A stretch of 64,000 nucleotides of DNA from Candidatus Bilamarchaeum dharawalense (GTDB taxonomy: Archaea > Micrarchaeota > Micrarchaeia > Anstonellales > Bilamarchaeaceae), in assembly GCA_902386555.1 (NCBI GenBank), contig CABMJJ010000001.1:5381-69380 (forward strand), in the 5' to 3' direction. A program made the position numbers and the translations under genes. Shown here in pieces: positions 18,076 through 27,287 of this stretch. The notes under the pieces are model-generated. The model was not told where the DNA came from, did no database searches, and saw nothing but the letters and a program-made list of their open reading frames with translations. Position 1 is the stretch's first letter, and every line of letters starts with the position of its first letter.

Positions 18076-18867
18076 TTATTGTACCCTTACCCCTATTTTT
18101 TTATCAATTTCTTCGTAATCCAATAGATCGTACTTATAGATAGCTCCGACAGTTATTATGTATTCGCCAGTACCATTTAACAAAAACACAAATGACTTGG
18201 TATATGGCGTATTTGCAATACTATCAAAACTCTGCGGGTTGTTTGTTAAGAGAATGATCTTCCCCAAAACACTTTGGGTGTATGGTTCGTCCTCATAGAC
18301 AATATGATCTTCATCCACCCCAAAAGATTCGATTTTTTTAACTACGAATTCTGCATGATTATCAATTGTTGACCCTCCAGTAAGTACAATTGTTATATTA
18401 TTACCAATCTCTTGTACGCCGTTGATTGACACATTCAGATATGCATTTTGAACAGGATTTTGATCTTTAATAAAATAGTAATTAGCAAAGGCTGCACTTT
18501 TGACCGAGCTGTTCTGTTCAGTTAATGCAATTTCTTTGAGAAATAGAAGTGCCTCGCTACTTTTGTTAGCATGGATTGAGATATCAGTAAAGGTAAAGAT
18601 CGCTCTTTCACGAGTGTAATTATCTTGATTGTTTTTTATCACTTGTTTTAGAAGGTCCAAACTATTTGAATCCATAGTCCCATGAATTTGACTGATATCT
18701 TCGGATGTGATATTTATTGGATTCGGCTCCGGGGTTTTGGATGTTTCATTCTCAATAATAGGTACAACACTGTTCCTGGGTAGAAATAAAATACCAGCAA
18801 CCACAATTACCAAAACTAAAAGTGCGATCCAGTTTTTATTTATGTTAAACATAGTATCCCTCAACAA
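18076..18867 (-). CDS. membrane-anchored extracellular protein
   Basis: N-terminal TM WIALLVLVIVVAGILF. The start overlaps the stop of the giant gene upstream by 7 nt, so it is likely co-transcribed. Confidence 0.55.
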   Translation of the reverse strand: MLRDTMFNINKNWIALLVLVIVVAGILFLPRNSVVPIIENETSKTPEPNPINITSEDISQIHGTMDSNSLDLLKQVIKNNQDNYTRERAIFTFTDISIHANKSSEALLFLKEIALTEQNSSVKSAAFANYYFIKDQNPVQNAYLNVSINGVQEIGNNITIVLTGGSTIDNHAEFVVKKIESFGVDEDHIVYEDEPYTQSVLGKIILLTNNPQSFDSIANTPYTKSFVFLLNGTGEYIITVGAIYKYDLLDYEEIDKKIGVRVQ

Positions 18868-21800
18868 TCATTGGTTATTCCATAATGCGTTAGAATCGGA
18901 TCTATTGCGGTATCCAGAGGTTGCCCACTGAAGTGATTCTTCCAGCCTTGCGATCCCCAAACAAATTGGCAGACATCCGGTGCATCGTCAATATTGTTCA
19001 TTTCGGTGTCCAAAATGTATAATATGGCACGGTCTTGTCCGCTAATAGTATCAAAGCTTTCATTTGTAGAATCAGGATAATCAGTGCCCGGTGCGTCAAC
19101 AAGATCCCAGAGCATGGCTGCAATACCACCTTCAATATCCCATCCGGTGTTGCACCCGGGTTCTTCTAGATAATTATACTGTGCACCAGCACTAGAAGTA
19201 TAATGTTGCGGATCATTGCGGTATTTGTTTGTCATATATCCACTGAAGAATTCTGCAAAACCTTCACCCCATGCATCCTCTTCATCACTCCTTGTACATA
19301 GGTTGTGGCTTCCACTCACACCATCCACTTCAGAAAGGTCATCTTCAATAGCATGACCATATTCGTGAAATATGTCCTTATCATAGAGCCCTACTTGATA
19401 ACCATCAGCATTTCTAAATGGCAGATCTATTTCATCCCAATCATTGCTGTATAATGGTCCGACTGAGTCGGGGTATTGTACGTCTGCTCTTCTAATGGGA
19501 TCCATGGTGTCACTTGGATCACGATTATGAGCGACATATTCATAAGCAAGAACCAAATCCTCACCTATGTTGAAGTAGGCTGCACCTCCAAGATTAAGAT
19601 TGTTGTCAGGAGTTCCGCAAAAGCAACCGAAATTAATCCCGAGGATCTCTACACAACTGTATTCTTCGTGCCATTTCCCCACAAAATCATCTGAAACTGA
19701 AACATTTCCACCCAAAGATGCAGGGTATGGATGGGTTACCGAACGGATAGATCCCCATTGTGAATCTGTATATTGCGTAACATACACATCCAGTTCTCCA
19801 AAGTCCATCTGACCAGTTGAAGGGGTTGTCAACTGAAATTCACTGTCGAACCACACATATTCATTACAACCATCATAATCTTTTTCGATTTGAGCTGCAT
19901 AATTTGACGGTTTTATTCTAAGCCCGTATCTAGTTCCTACTGAGCGCGGAACCACAAATTCGAACCGTCCATTACTGTCGGTAAGTGTGGATTGACCCGA
20001 AGGCAGTAGCCAAACAGTTACATAGCGAATTGGTTTAAATCGACCGAAACTTGGATCAGGTTGATTATACCAACCATCATTGGTTGGATTTGACTCTTCG
20101 TATTTCAAAGTACCTGTAATCCTCATATAACCACAGGCAGCGCAATTAGGGCCTCCGCAGTCAATATCAGTCTCATTTTGATTAATTACCCCATCACTAC
20201 AACTAGGCGGCTGACAAGCACCATCCCGGCATAAACCTTCGCATATATGGCTTTGTTCGCGCAAACTACAATTGTTTCCATTTGCAATGGGATTGAACTC
20301 GATTAGAGTTCTTTCATAGGAATTGTTGGAAAAACAATGTTCGTCATAATTGCCAATGCTACCCCTAACATAATAATCTGCACCACCATCGCTATCTGTG
20401 CAAACACAGGCACCATTGGTACAGCCATATTGACAGGTCACATTTCTTTCACGCGTTGCAAGATAACCACTTGACTCTGATGAAATACCGCAGTAGTATT
20501 CACGAAGTCTGGTGCGATTGTGTGAATCGTTATAACAATAATCCTGGCTGCCTTCAAGTTCCCCTTGGATATACCAATTATCCCCGCCGTCACTATCAAT
20601 ACACAAGCAGGCGCCATTGGCACATCCTTCCGGACAAGTTACTATAGTATATACAGGGCCATTTGAACCACAATAACCTTCAGACAGGTGTGATGCGTCA
20701 ATGCACCGGTCACTTGATTGCTGGCAGTTGCTTGTAGCCCCACAACCTCCCCCTCTGCCCCAGGCGTCTGGAGGAACTGGAACGGTTGTAACTGATTCAG
20801 AATAGATCTGACCTGGCGTAAAATAGTTAACTCCATCACTGTCAAGACATCCGCACCCATTTGATGCGATTCGATCATAAATAATTTGATGATAGTACTC
20901 TTCGCCTTGTCTGAACGGTATCAACAAATAGCTACCGCATGTTGCAGTCATACCAGCAAGGCGGTAATTGCAAACGCGAGTTAGATCGCATTGGTCGCAA
21001 GCATCCCCAATATTATCATGGTCAGAATCACTCTGGTTGTTATTGGAAACGTTTCTACAATTGTCATTTAGATTATTTATTCCATCTTGATCATCATCGC
21101 CAAATGAATTTTGTTGAATAATTGGCGGAGCAGTACTATCACCAAAAGTACTAGAGTTCCCGATGCCATTTGTCACTATAACCCCTACTCGGCTATCTAC
21201 TGTTAGATCAGGTAGATGTATTCCGCAAATAGCCTGATTAAAACAACGACCACGTGAAAGATCATCAACAAGAATATCTATCAAAGATATACCAGAAACA
21301 TCACTAGCTTGAACTAAGATCTGACCTCCTGGATTATCGTCATTGAAGAGTTTTGTAATATTTGCTCTGATGGTAGGGATACCAGGTATGATTGGGGCTG
21401 TATCGGGACAACCATTGCTATCTTGATAGCCGTTTATTGTCTCTTGCTCGTTTGGACATTGGTCATCACAATTTTTTACACCATCTTTATCATTATCTCG
21501 ATCATCACAGGAATCACAGACATCTCCAAACAGATCTCCGTCAACGTTTAATTGATCTGGATTATAGGTAGTAGGGCAATTATCCTCTTTATCAGTTACT
21601 CCGTCTTTATCACTATCTGATTGTTGAGTAACAGGGCAACCATTGGCTGAACCGAAGTCATTGGGACAGTCATCGCAGACATTACCAAGACCATCACCAT
21701 CACTATCTGACTGGTCGTTATTGTAAACAGAAGGACAGTTATCTTGAGAATCTGGATAACCATCTTTATCATAATCAGGAGATTGTACAGGACAGCCATC

Positions 21801-22223
21801 AGCAGAAGTGCCATATTCATTGGGGCATTGATCATCACAATTTTTTACACCATCTTGATCATTGTCACGATCATCGCAGGAATCGCAGACATCACCTACA
21901 CCATCACCGTCAACGTCGGATTGATCTTTATTATAATTATACGGACAATTATCCTGGCTATCTGGAATGCCATCCTGATCGTTATCAGGTTCCTGCACAG
22001 GACAACCATAATTGCTCTCTGGACCATATTCGTAGGGACATTGGTCGCAAGCATCCCCAATATTATCAAAATCACTGTCAGTTTGATCTGGGTTATAATC
22101 ATTGATACAATTATCCTTACTATCAATGACACCATCTTGATCAGAATCATCAGAACTTTTGGCAAATGTAAATGCCATAAAAAAACATAATAGGAAAACC
22201 AGAACCATAGTTTTATTGGCCAT
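18861..22223 (-). CDS. giant secreted protein: thrombospondin type-3-like Ca-binding repeats + Cys-rich modules + carboxypeptidase-regulatory-like domain + C-terminal HExxH domain
   Basis: Signal peptide MVLVFLLCFFMAFTFA. Repeated D-x-D-x-DG-x2-D-x2-DNCP..YN.DQ.D.D.D..GD.CD.C units. Modules C(I/T)DSDGG..(W/Y)Y..G. DGVINQNETDIDCGGPNCAAC. TDSNGRFEFVVP. IFHEYGHAIEDD. Confidence 0.85.
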   Translation of the reverse strand: MANKTMVLVFLLCFFMAFTFAKSSDDSDQDGVIDSKDNCINDYNPDQTDSDFDNIGDACDQCPYEYGPESNYGCPVQEPDNDQDGIPDSQDNCPYNYNKDQSDVDGDGVGDVCDSCDDRDNDQDGVKNCDDQCPNEYGTSADGCPVQSPDYDKDGYPDSQDNCPSVYNNDQSDSDGDGLGNVCDDCPNDFGSANGCPVTQQSDSDKDGVTDKEDNCPTTYNPDQLNVDGDLFGDVCDSCDDRDNDKDGVKNCDDQCPNEQETINGYQDSNGCPDTAPIIPGIPTIRANITKLFNDDNPGGQILVQASDVSGISLIDILVDDLSRGRCFNQAICGIHLPDLTVDSRVGVIVTNGIGNSSTFGDSTAPPIIQQNSFGDDDQDGINNLNDNCRNVSNNNQSDSDHDNIGDACDQCDLTRVCNYRLAGMTATCGSYLLIPFRQGEEYYHQIIYDRIASNGCGCLDSDGVNYFTPGQIYSESVTTVPVPPDAWGRGGGCGATSNCQQSSDRCIDASHLSEGYCGSNGPVYTIVTCPEGCANGACLCIDSDGGDNWYIQGELEGSQDYCYNDSHNRTRLREYYCGISSESSGYLATRERNVTCQYGCTNGACVCTDSDGGADYYVRGSIGNYDEHCFSNNSYERTLIEFNPIANGNNCSLREQSHICEGLCRDGACQPPSCSDGVINQNETDIDCGGPNCAACGYMRITGTLKYEESNPTNDGWYNQPDPSFGRFKPIRYVTVWLLPSGQSTLTDSNGRFEFVVPRSVGTRYGLRIKPSNYAAQIEKDYDGCNEYVWFDSEFQLTTPSTGQMDFGELDVYVTQYTDSQWGSIRSVTHPYPASLGGNVSVSDDFVGKWHEEYSCVEILGINFGCFCGTPDNNLNLGGAAYFNIGEDLVLAYEYVAHNRDPSDTMDPIRRADVQYPDSVGPLYSNDWDEIDLPFRNADGYQVGLYDKDIFHEYGHAIEDDLSEVDGVSGSHNLCTRSDEEDAWGEGFAEFFSGYMTNKYRNDPQHYTSSAGAQYNYLEEPGCNTGWDIEGGIAAMLWDLVDAPGTDYPDSTNESFDTISGQDRAILYILDTEMNNIDDAPDVCQFVWGSQGWKNHFSGQPLDTAIDPILTHYGITNDC
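20989..21018 (-). repeat. 30-nt exact intragenic repeat, copy 1
   Basis: CATTGGTCGCAAGCATCCCCAATATTATCA is identical to 22039..22068. It encodes DNIGDACDQC on the minus strand. Confidence 0.9.
21454..21586 (-). repeat. 133-nt intragenic repeat, copy A (period 369 nt)
   Basis: Aligns without gaps to 21823..21955 at an offset of exactly 369 nt (123 codons) with high identity. It encodes the DVCDSCDDRDND(K/Q)DGVKNCDDQCPNE block. Confidence 0.85.
21823..21955 (-). repeat. 133-nt intragenic repeat, copy B
   Basis: See copy A (21454..21586). Confidence 0.85.
22039..22068 (-). repeat. 30-nt exact intragenic repeat, copy 2
   Basis: Identical to 20989..21018. Confidence 0.9.
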
Positions 22224-22262
22224 AGTGGGATTGACAGAAGAAAAATTATAAAGATGTCTAAT

Positions 22263-22760
22263 CTAATACCATTTTCTGCTTGCCCAATAGGCGCAAAGAC
22301 CGCCAATAACCAGATTAACAATAAGACCAGCGACCAGTGTCATGCTATAGTAGACTAGACTCGTCCCCAGACTTATTATACCCATGGTTGCAAAAAAAGG
22401 TAGGGATGCCTCGGTGTTGTTTGAAAAAAGTGAACCAAATGTTACGAGAGTAACTAGCGTAGATATTATGGTATATATTGTACAAACAACAAAAAATGTG
22501 AATGCAGTAGTTAAAGCACCTTCCAACGCTGTTGCTCCGAATTTTTTACCTGATCTATACCCTGTGTAGGCATAAATAAGGAAGTTGCCGAGATAGGATA
22601 ATCCGTAGTTAATGAGCATGAGGATCAGTATGATGGTCGAATCTAACGACTTTGATAAATAACTGCTTGTGAGATATAAAATAGCGAATAATGCAATATT
22701 GAACACAAAGGCAATGACAATAGGCAATTTTGACCCATCTATTATTTTCTTAAAATCCAT
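22263..22760 (-). CDS. multi-pass membrane protein, paralog of 1081..1608
   Basis: 165 aa. Shared sequence blocks are listed under 1081..1608. It sits directly upstream of, and co-oriented with, the giant secreted protein gene. Confidence 0.7.
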   Translation of the reverse strand: MDFKKIIDGSKLPIVIAFVFNIALFAILYLTSSYLSKSLDSTIILILMLINYGLSYLGNFLIYAYTGYRSGKKFGATALEGALTTAFTFFVVCTIYTIISTLVTLVTFGSLFSNNTEASLPFFATMGIISLGTSLVYYSMTLVAGLIVNLVIGGLCAYWASRKWY

Positions 22761-22785
22761 ATTAAGTTTATGGAATAGATATTAT

Positions 22786-24915
22786 TTATTCTTTAGCATT
22801 TGCAAGCCATTTTGCATATTCGTATACGTGTGCCATGGCCTCTAAAGTTAATGATTTACTGTTTGATACGATCCATCCTTTTTCTCTAACAATTTTAGTC
22901 CCTATTCCGTTGGGGTCGTTGGTCAAAGTGAGTACAGCATTTGGAAATCTACCATGATTATCTGGTATCAGTTCTGCAAAGAAATACTTATTGAAGATTG
23001 CAGCAACTAAACCAACATTCTCATCGCCGTTGAACACTGTTAGTACGCTTTCAAGACTACCGGTTGGACCAAGATCAATTGGATTTGGTTGAACACGAAT
23101 GAAATCTCCGACTAAATTTTGAACTGCTGCAACTTGAGCTTCGTCTGGTTTGGCCAGTTGCAAACGTTTGGCTTTCAACAAAAGATCAGTGAACTCCACT
23201 CCGTCGCCACCAGATTGACTGACGCACAAAACCCCTGCATCCCCGGCTAATTTTTGTGCAAGTGGTTTAGCCATACCCTTATCCAGCATTTCTAAGAGCA
23301 GAGGTACTACCTCACTATTTTCAACAACTATGGCACCTGCTTGCTCTGCAGCCATCTTAAATGCATGATAGGGCTTGAAACTTGCGCCAGTATGAGTAGT
23401 AGCAGCTACGTTCTCAGCATATCTTCCGCCTTTCAAAATGACAACTGGACGATGAGGTGTAACCTCGGATATTGCTTTGATAAAATCAGGACCAGGATCA
23501 GACTCTAGATAGTAAAAATCAACGTTATTTTGCTGGGTTGCATTAAATCTTGCAAGTTGATTCATGCTGACACCATTGGAATTTCCAACTGCTAAAGCAT
23601 AATTTATTGGAATTTCCCTTGCAGTTAATGCTGAATAAAGAATGCTGCATATCCCGCCGCCTTGCGTGGTTAATGATATTGTTCCACTGCCCAATGGAGG
23701 CCTTGCTTTGTCCAGGCCATCATAGGCATCAAAACTGGCATTTAATCTGTTTGTTGGATTGAAGATACCCACAGTATTAGGACCGAAGCCAATACATCCA
23801 CCTCGAGCAAAAATATTGATTAACTCACGTTCTGAGGCTTGATCTCCAGCTTCGCCAAATCCAGCACCTATCATAACAAAAGGAATCTTATGGTTCGAAC
23901 ATAATTTTGCCATCTCAATTGTAGGTTCAGGCTTTAATGCAGCAATTACAACGTCAGGAACACCAACTTCTTCTAGTATTCTTCCGAAGCTTCGATAGCA
24001 TTTTCTAACTGCCACCCCACCGGTGGGTAATTGAATTTCTATCTGATCTTTTTGTGGATGGAGAAATACAATCTCGCGACCTTCTGCTTCAGAACGTAAT
24101 GCATTCAGAGCCATAAGATATCTTACAGCACCGGTAAGATCACATGCAGGAGCAACAAAAACAGCTATTTTCGGATGAAGTAAACGGTCCATCTGTCCGT
24201 TGAATTCTGTCTGGGTCATTGGATCTTTCTTTTCAATTGGTGGTTCACGGCTAGCAACTCGTATATCCACTGGAACTATTCGTTCTTTAGAACAAATAAC
24301 AGGATTGATTTCAAGTGATTCCAACTCAGGATTGGTCTGTACAATCCTTTGAACATTATGAACAAACTGAGCCAGCATTGGGATAAAATCTCTACTAAAT
24401 CCAGGAATTTTTGAGATCTCGTTAAACAATATATCTGGATTTATCTCACCCAGGAGTCTGACAGTTGTTGTTGATTCTTCTGCCAATGCGCCACCTAATT
24501 TTACAGTGGTAACAGTGCCATAGGAAGTATTCAGTACACTAACCATCACTTCAGTGCCGCTTTCAACCAGTGGTTGGACAATAACACCCAAGGTTCTGTC
24601 CTCGCCAGCCTTTTCCATGGCTCCGAGTACACCTGAAATAGTGCTGTTTAATTCATCCTTAGAACAAAAAACTACCATCTCGCGCCCAGCTTTTTTCGTT
24701 GAATGAACAGCTGCTTTCACAACAAACCTATCCCCTTCAACTGAAGCTAACTCGATAGTGCCAGTGGTATGGAATCCTGGAAATTCCACCCCGTTTCTTC
24801 TTAAAAGATCCATTGCCTGGGGTATGGTAAATTTATTACTAGAAAGAAGCTGAGTCGGCATGGCGGGTTTAGAAACCACTGATGCACGAGAAGGATCATG
24901 ATGACGTTCCGCCAT
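22786..24915 (-). CDS. acd: ADP-forming acyl/acetyl-CoA synthetase (NDP-forming superfamily), fused subunits with ATP-grasp part first
   Basis: The N-terminal ~230 aa are ATP-grasp-like (...ESLEINPV...). Next come the CoA-binding/ligase part (FGPNTVGIFNP, SQSGG) and the phosphohistidine segment AATTHTGASF. ATG 24915 is one codon inside the ORF-track TTG. Confidence 0.75.
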   Translation of the reverse strand: MAERHHDPSRASVVSKPAMPTQLLSSNKFTIPQAMDLLRRNGVEFPGFHTTGTIELASVEGDRFVVKAAVHSTKKAGREMVVFCSKDELNSTISGVLGAMEKAGEDRTLGVIVQPLVESGTEVMVSVLNTSYGTVTTVKLGGALAEESTTTVRLLGEINPDILFNEISKIPGFSRDFIPMLAQFVHNVQRIVQTNPELESLEINPVICSKERIVPVDIRVASREPPIEKKDPMTQTEFNGQMDRLLHPKIAVFVAPACDLTGAVRYLMALNALRSEAEGREIVFLHPQKDQIEIQLPTGGVAVRKCYRSFGRILEEVGVPDVVIAALKPEPTIEMAKLCSNHKIPFVMIGAGFGEAGDQASERELINIFARGGCIGFGPNTVGIFNPTNRLNASFDAYDGLDKARPPLGSGTISLTTQGGGICSILYSALTAREIPINYALAVGNSNGVSMNQLARFNATQQNNVDFYYLESDPGPDFIKAISEVTPHRPVVILKGGRYAENVAATTHTGASFKPYHAFKMAAEQAGAIVVENSEVVPLLLEMLDKGMAKPLAQKLAGDAGVLCVSQSGGDGVEFTDLLLKAKRLQLAKPDEAQVAAVQNLVGDFIRVQPNPIDLGPTGSLESVLTVFNGDENVGLVAAIFNKYFFAELIPDNHGRFPNAVLTLTNDPNGIGTKIVREKGWIVSNSKSLTLEAMAHVYEYAKWLANAKE

Positions 24916-25021
24916 CAATAAACACTATACAGAAATTATTATAAATGCTAGAGTATGTTGAGAAATAGATTAATTATAAAAATAAAAAAATAAAAGGTAA
25001 TTCTTATCTAAGTAAATAGAA

Positions 25022-25162
25022 TCAGAATCTAGATTTTGGCTTGTAGCAATTTCTACAATAAACTGGCCTTCCTTCCGTTGGTTTAAACGGTACTTTACAT
25101 GGCTGCCCGCATTTTGCGCAGGTAGCATCATACATTGGTCTGTCGTTATCTTCGAATCCCAT
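25022..25162 (-). CDS. CxxC-x17-CxxC zinc-ribbon mini-protein (46 aa, below ORF-track cutoff)
   Basis: Hand translation: MGFEDNDRPMYDATCAKCGQPCKVPFKPTEGRPVYCRNCYKPKSRF*. It has exactly 17 residues between CAKC and CRNC, with the VPFKP...RPVYC core. Confidence 0.6.
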   Translation of the reverse strand: MGFEDNDRPMYDATCAKCGQPCKVPFKPTEGRPVYCRNCYKPKSRF

Positions 25163-25271
25163 TTTATTACACCTATTTTATATTGTAACTAAGGATTGAT
25201 AGGGGGGGTATTTAATAACTCCCATATTAGTCTAATACTATTTAGGAAATTCTAAAAGAAATTAAGAAATA

Positions 25272-25631
25272 TTATGTTGGATATGGTTTGGATCCGAGTG
25301 GGGCATAGGAAACACAATATCCGTTTCTGCACTCGTAAACAAGCCCGGCGCAGCGAGGAACCTCAACATAATCTGGATAGCATGAATCACGCATACCATC
25401 CCAACTACAATCAGCATTGGAAGAACACTTCACGTCATTGGTGGTTGTATTTAAATCAAAATTTTTACAGGAAACGATTTTGGGATTGAAACAGGGTGAT
25501 GTGGGACTTGCACTCGGTATGAATATGGGCAGGATAACAAATATAACTAAGAGTACAAATAGCAAAGATATTCCAACACCAATGAGAATAGTTTTTCGAT
25601 CAAACATAGGATCACTTCTATTTTTTTCCAA
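25272..25631 (-). CDS. small membrane-anchored Cys-rich extracellular protein
   Basis: TM ILIGVGISLLFVLLVIFVILPIF followed by about 70 aa with 10 Cys, ending ...CRNGYCV.... Confidence 0.55.
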   Translation of the reverse strand: MEKNRSDPMFDRKTILIGVGISLLFVLLVIFVILPIFIPSASPTSPCFNPKIVSCKNFDLNTTTNDVKCSSNADCSWDGMRDSCYPDYVEVPRCAGLVYECRNGYCVSYAPLGSKPYPT

Positions 25632-25875
25632 TAACTTTTATGGACGTAATCTCTCTCATTACAGGTATATCAAAACCCTGGGAAATTGGTTTACCTTTTT
25701 CATATGGTTCGGGTTTGTATTCATGCTCATTTGAAATCACACCAGTAACCTCAACGATTTTACCTCTAAGTTTTTCATCATATACTTCGTTTATCAAAAT
25801 CACACCATCAACCAATGGTCCTGCTTTTGATTCTAAATATTCCCCTCGAATGGTTACTTGTTTTGTATCTGCCAT
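25618..25875 (-). CDS. hypothetical protein
   Basis: 85-aa ORF overlapping the downstream gene start by 14 nt. No motif. Confidence 0.45.
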   Translation of the reverse strand: MADTKQVTIRGEYLESKAGPLVDGVILINEVYDEKLRGKIVEVTGVISNEHEYKPEPYEKGKPISQGFDIPVMREITSIKVIGKK

Positions 25876-25902
25876 AGGACACCTCTATAATATACTCTAA
25901 TA

Positions 25903-26298
25903 TTATTTTAGAACGTTATATCCTTTAAGTTCTTTTAACAAATTTTCATTGTAGGTTGCAATGGAACACCCGAAAAATTTTGAAAGATAGATTAACGTCG
26001 CATCAGAGTAATTTATTGAATTTTTTTGACTTTGAAGTATTTGAAGGATTGCCGCGATATCTTCCAAATCAGTCTCTTGGATACGATAATTTTCCACTGC
26101 AAAATCCATGAATATCTTTGCTTTCTCTTGCCCGGCGTCAGTTAGAAGTACATCGATAGTCTTTGCAAGTGATTGCTCAGAAATAATAAATTTTTTTTCT
26201 TCGATTTCAAATTTTTTCATTTCACCAATGGCGCGATTATGTGCAGGATCGTTCTCGTTAAAAAGTGCAATCAGAAAACTTGAATCAAGGAGAATCAT
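25903..26298 (-). CDS. vapC: PIN-domain toxin VapC
   Basis: MILLDSSFLIALFNENDPAHNRA (first acidic residue of the PIN fold), 131 aa. The upstream antitoxin overlaps by ATGA. Confidence 0.85.
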   Translation of the reverse strand: MILLDSSFLIALFNENDPAHNRAIGEMKKFEIEEKKFIISEQSLAKTIDVLLTDAGQEKAKIFMDFAVENYRIQETDLEDIAAILQILQSQKNSINYSDATLIYLSKFFGCSIATYNENLLKELKGYNVLK

Positions 26299-26516
26299 AC
26301 ACTCAACCCCGTATTACTGGAAAATTTAATTTTATCGTAAACATCAAAGATACTTTGTGTTTTTTTCTCGTGTTTTTTTTCTTTCAAACGTTCTGAGGCC
26401 AGTCTAGTAATCTCTCTTAATGCATCGCCTATGGTTAGATTGTTCTCCTTGGCATAATCAAGTATAAATGATTTGGTTTTATCATCCACATTTCTCACGG
26501 CGAAAAAATCTGCCAT
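26295..26516 (-). CDS. vapB: VapB-type antitoxin
   Basis: 73 aa from ATG 26516 (MADFFAVRNVDDKTKSFILDYAKENNLTIGDALREI...). A 4-nt overlap with vapC is the classic type II TA layout. Confidence 0.7.
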   Translation of the reverse strand: MADFFAVRNVDDKTKSFILDYAKENNLTIGDALREITRLASERLKEKKHEKKTQSIFDVYDKIKFSSNTGLSV

Positions 26517-26657
26517 AGGATCACCATGTATAACATGTAAAACAAATATTTTATAAACCTTGTTAAACTTGTTAAACAAAAAATTCTCGTCGACAATTCA
26601 GTGAATTAAAACACAAAAAAAGTCTATATATAACATTTATAAACACTGTTGTTCAAA

Positions 26658-27287
26658 ATGATTAAAATTGGTGAACTTATGGCCCATGAGTATCGAAGAC
26701 AAGATCAGAGAGAGAAAGGTTCAGAAAGAAGAGGATTGGTACCAGGAAGTGTAGGATTACAGGAAGGTATTATGACTAGAGAAAGAACGCTCATGTTGGT
26801 TATTACCTACCCCGCATCTCCACAGGACCGAAAAGCTGCAATAAATGAACTTGCCGAGAGCGTTACCACAGTAAAAGATAAAGATGGTTTGAGATATATC
26901 GCAACTGAGGCAGATAACGTATTTCATTCTAAAACCGCTGTGTCCAGATTACAAGGGGATGTTGATTGCCTGAAATATATAGTAAGATGGGCATCAAAAC
27001 CAGAGGTTAAAAATGACGCATTGAATGAACTTATTGGAATGCTGAGCTCACTCATTGACCCAGGAGCTCTTCAACTCATAATTGACAGTAATTGTCCAAT
27101 TGGAAGCAAACTCCAGGCAGTAAGAAATCTAGCACATAACCGTGAACGCGGATCTTTGTTAGAAACTGCTGAAATGGCACCAGATATGGTTGTCAGAAGG
27201 GCAGCTGCCTATGAACTTAGACGACATTTTGGCATAAAAAATGCTGATGAACTGATAACCAAGTATCCAACAGCATTGGCAGCCTAA
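26658..27287 (+). CDS. hypothetical protein with HEAT-like helical repeats
   Basis: Repeated ...(R/K)xAA(I/L)NEL.../...VKNDALNELIGML.../...VVRRAAAYELRRHF segments. Weak call. Confidence 0.45.
   Translation: MIKIGELMAHEYRRQDQREKGSERRGLVPGSVGLQEGIMTRERTLMLVITYPASPQDRKAAINELAESVTTVKDKDGLRYIATEADNVFHSKTAVSRLQGDVDCLKYIVRWASKPEVKNDALNELIGMLSSLIDPGALQLIIDSNCPIGSKLQAVRNLAHNRERGSLLETAEMAPDMVVRRAAAYELRRHFGIKNADELITKYPTALAA

Noticed and set aside
21596-22321. Long ORFs on both strands inside the giant gene (21596..21838, 21744..22190, 21896..22321)
   Set aside because: They are generated by the Asp/Asn/Gly codon periodicity of the TSP3-like repeats. Their translations are Ile/Thr/Val low-complexity, and the 1120-aa frame has clear domain content.
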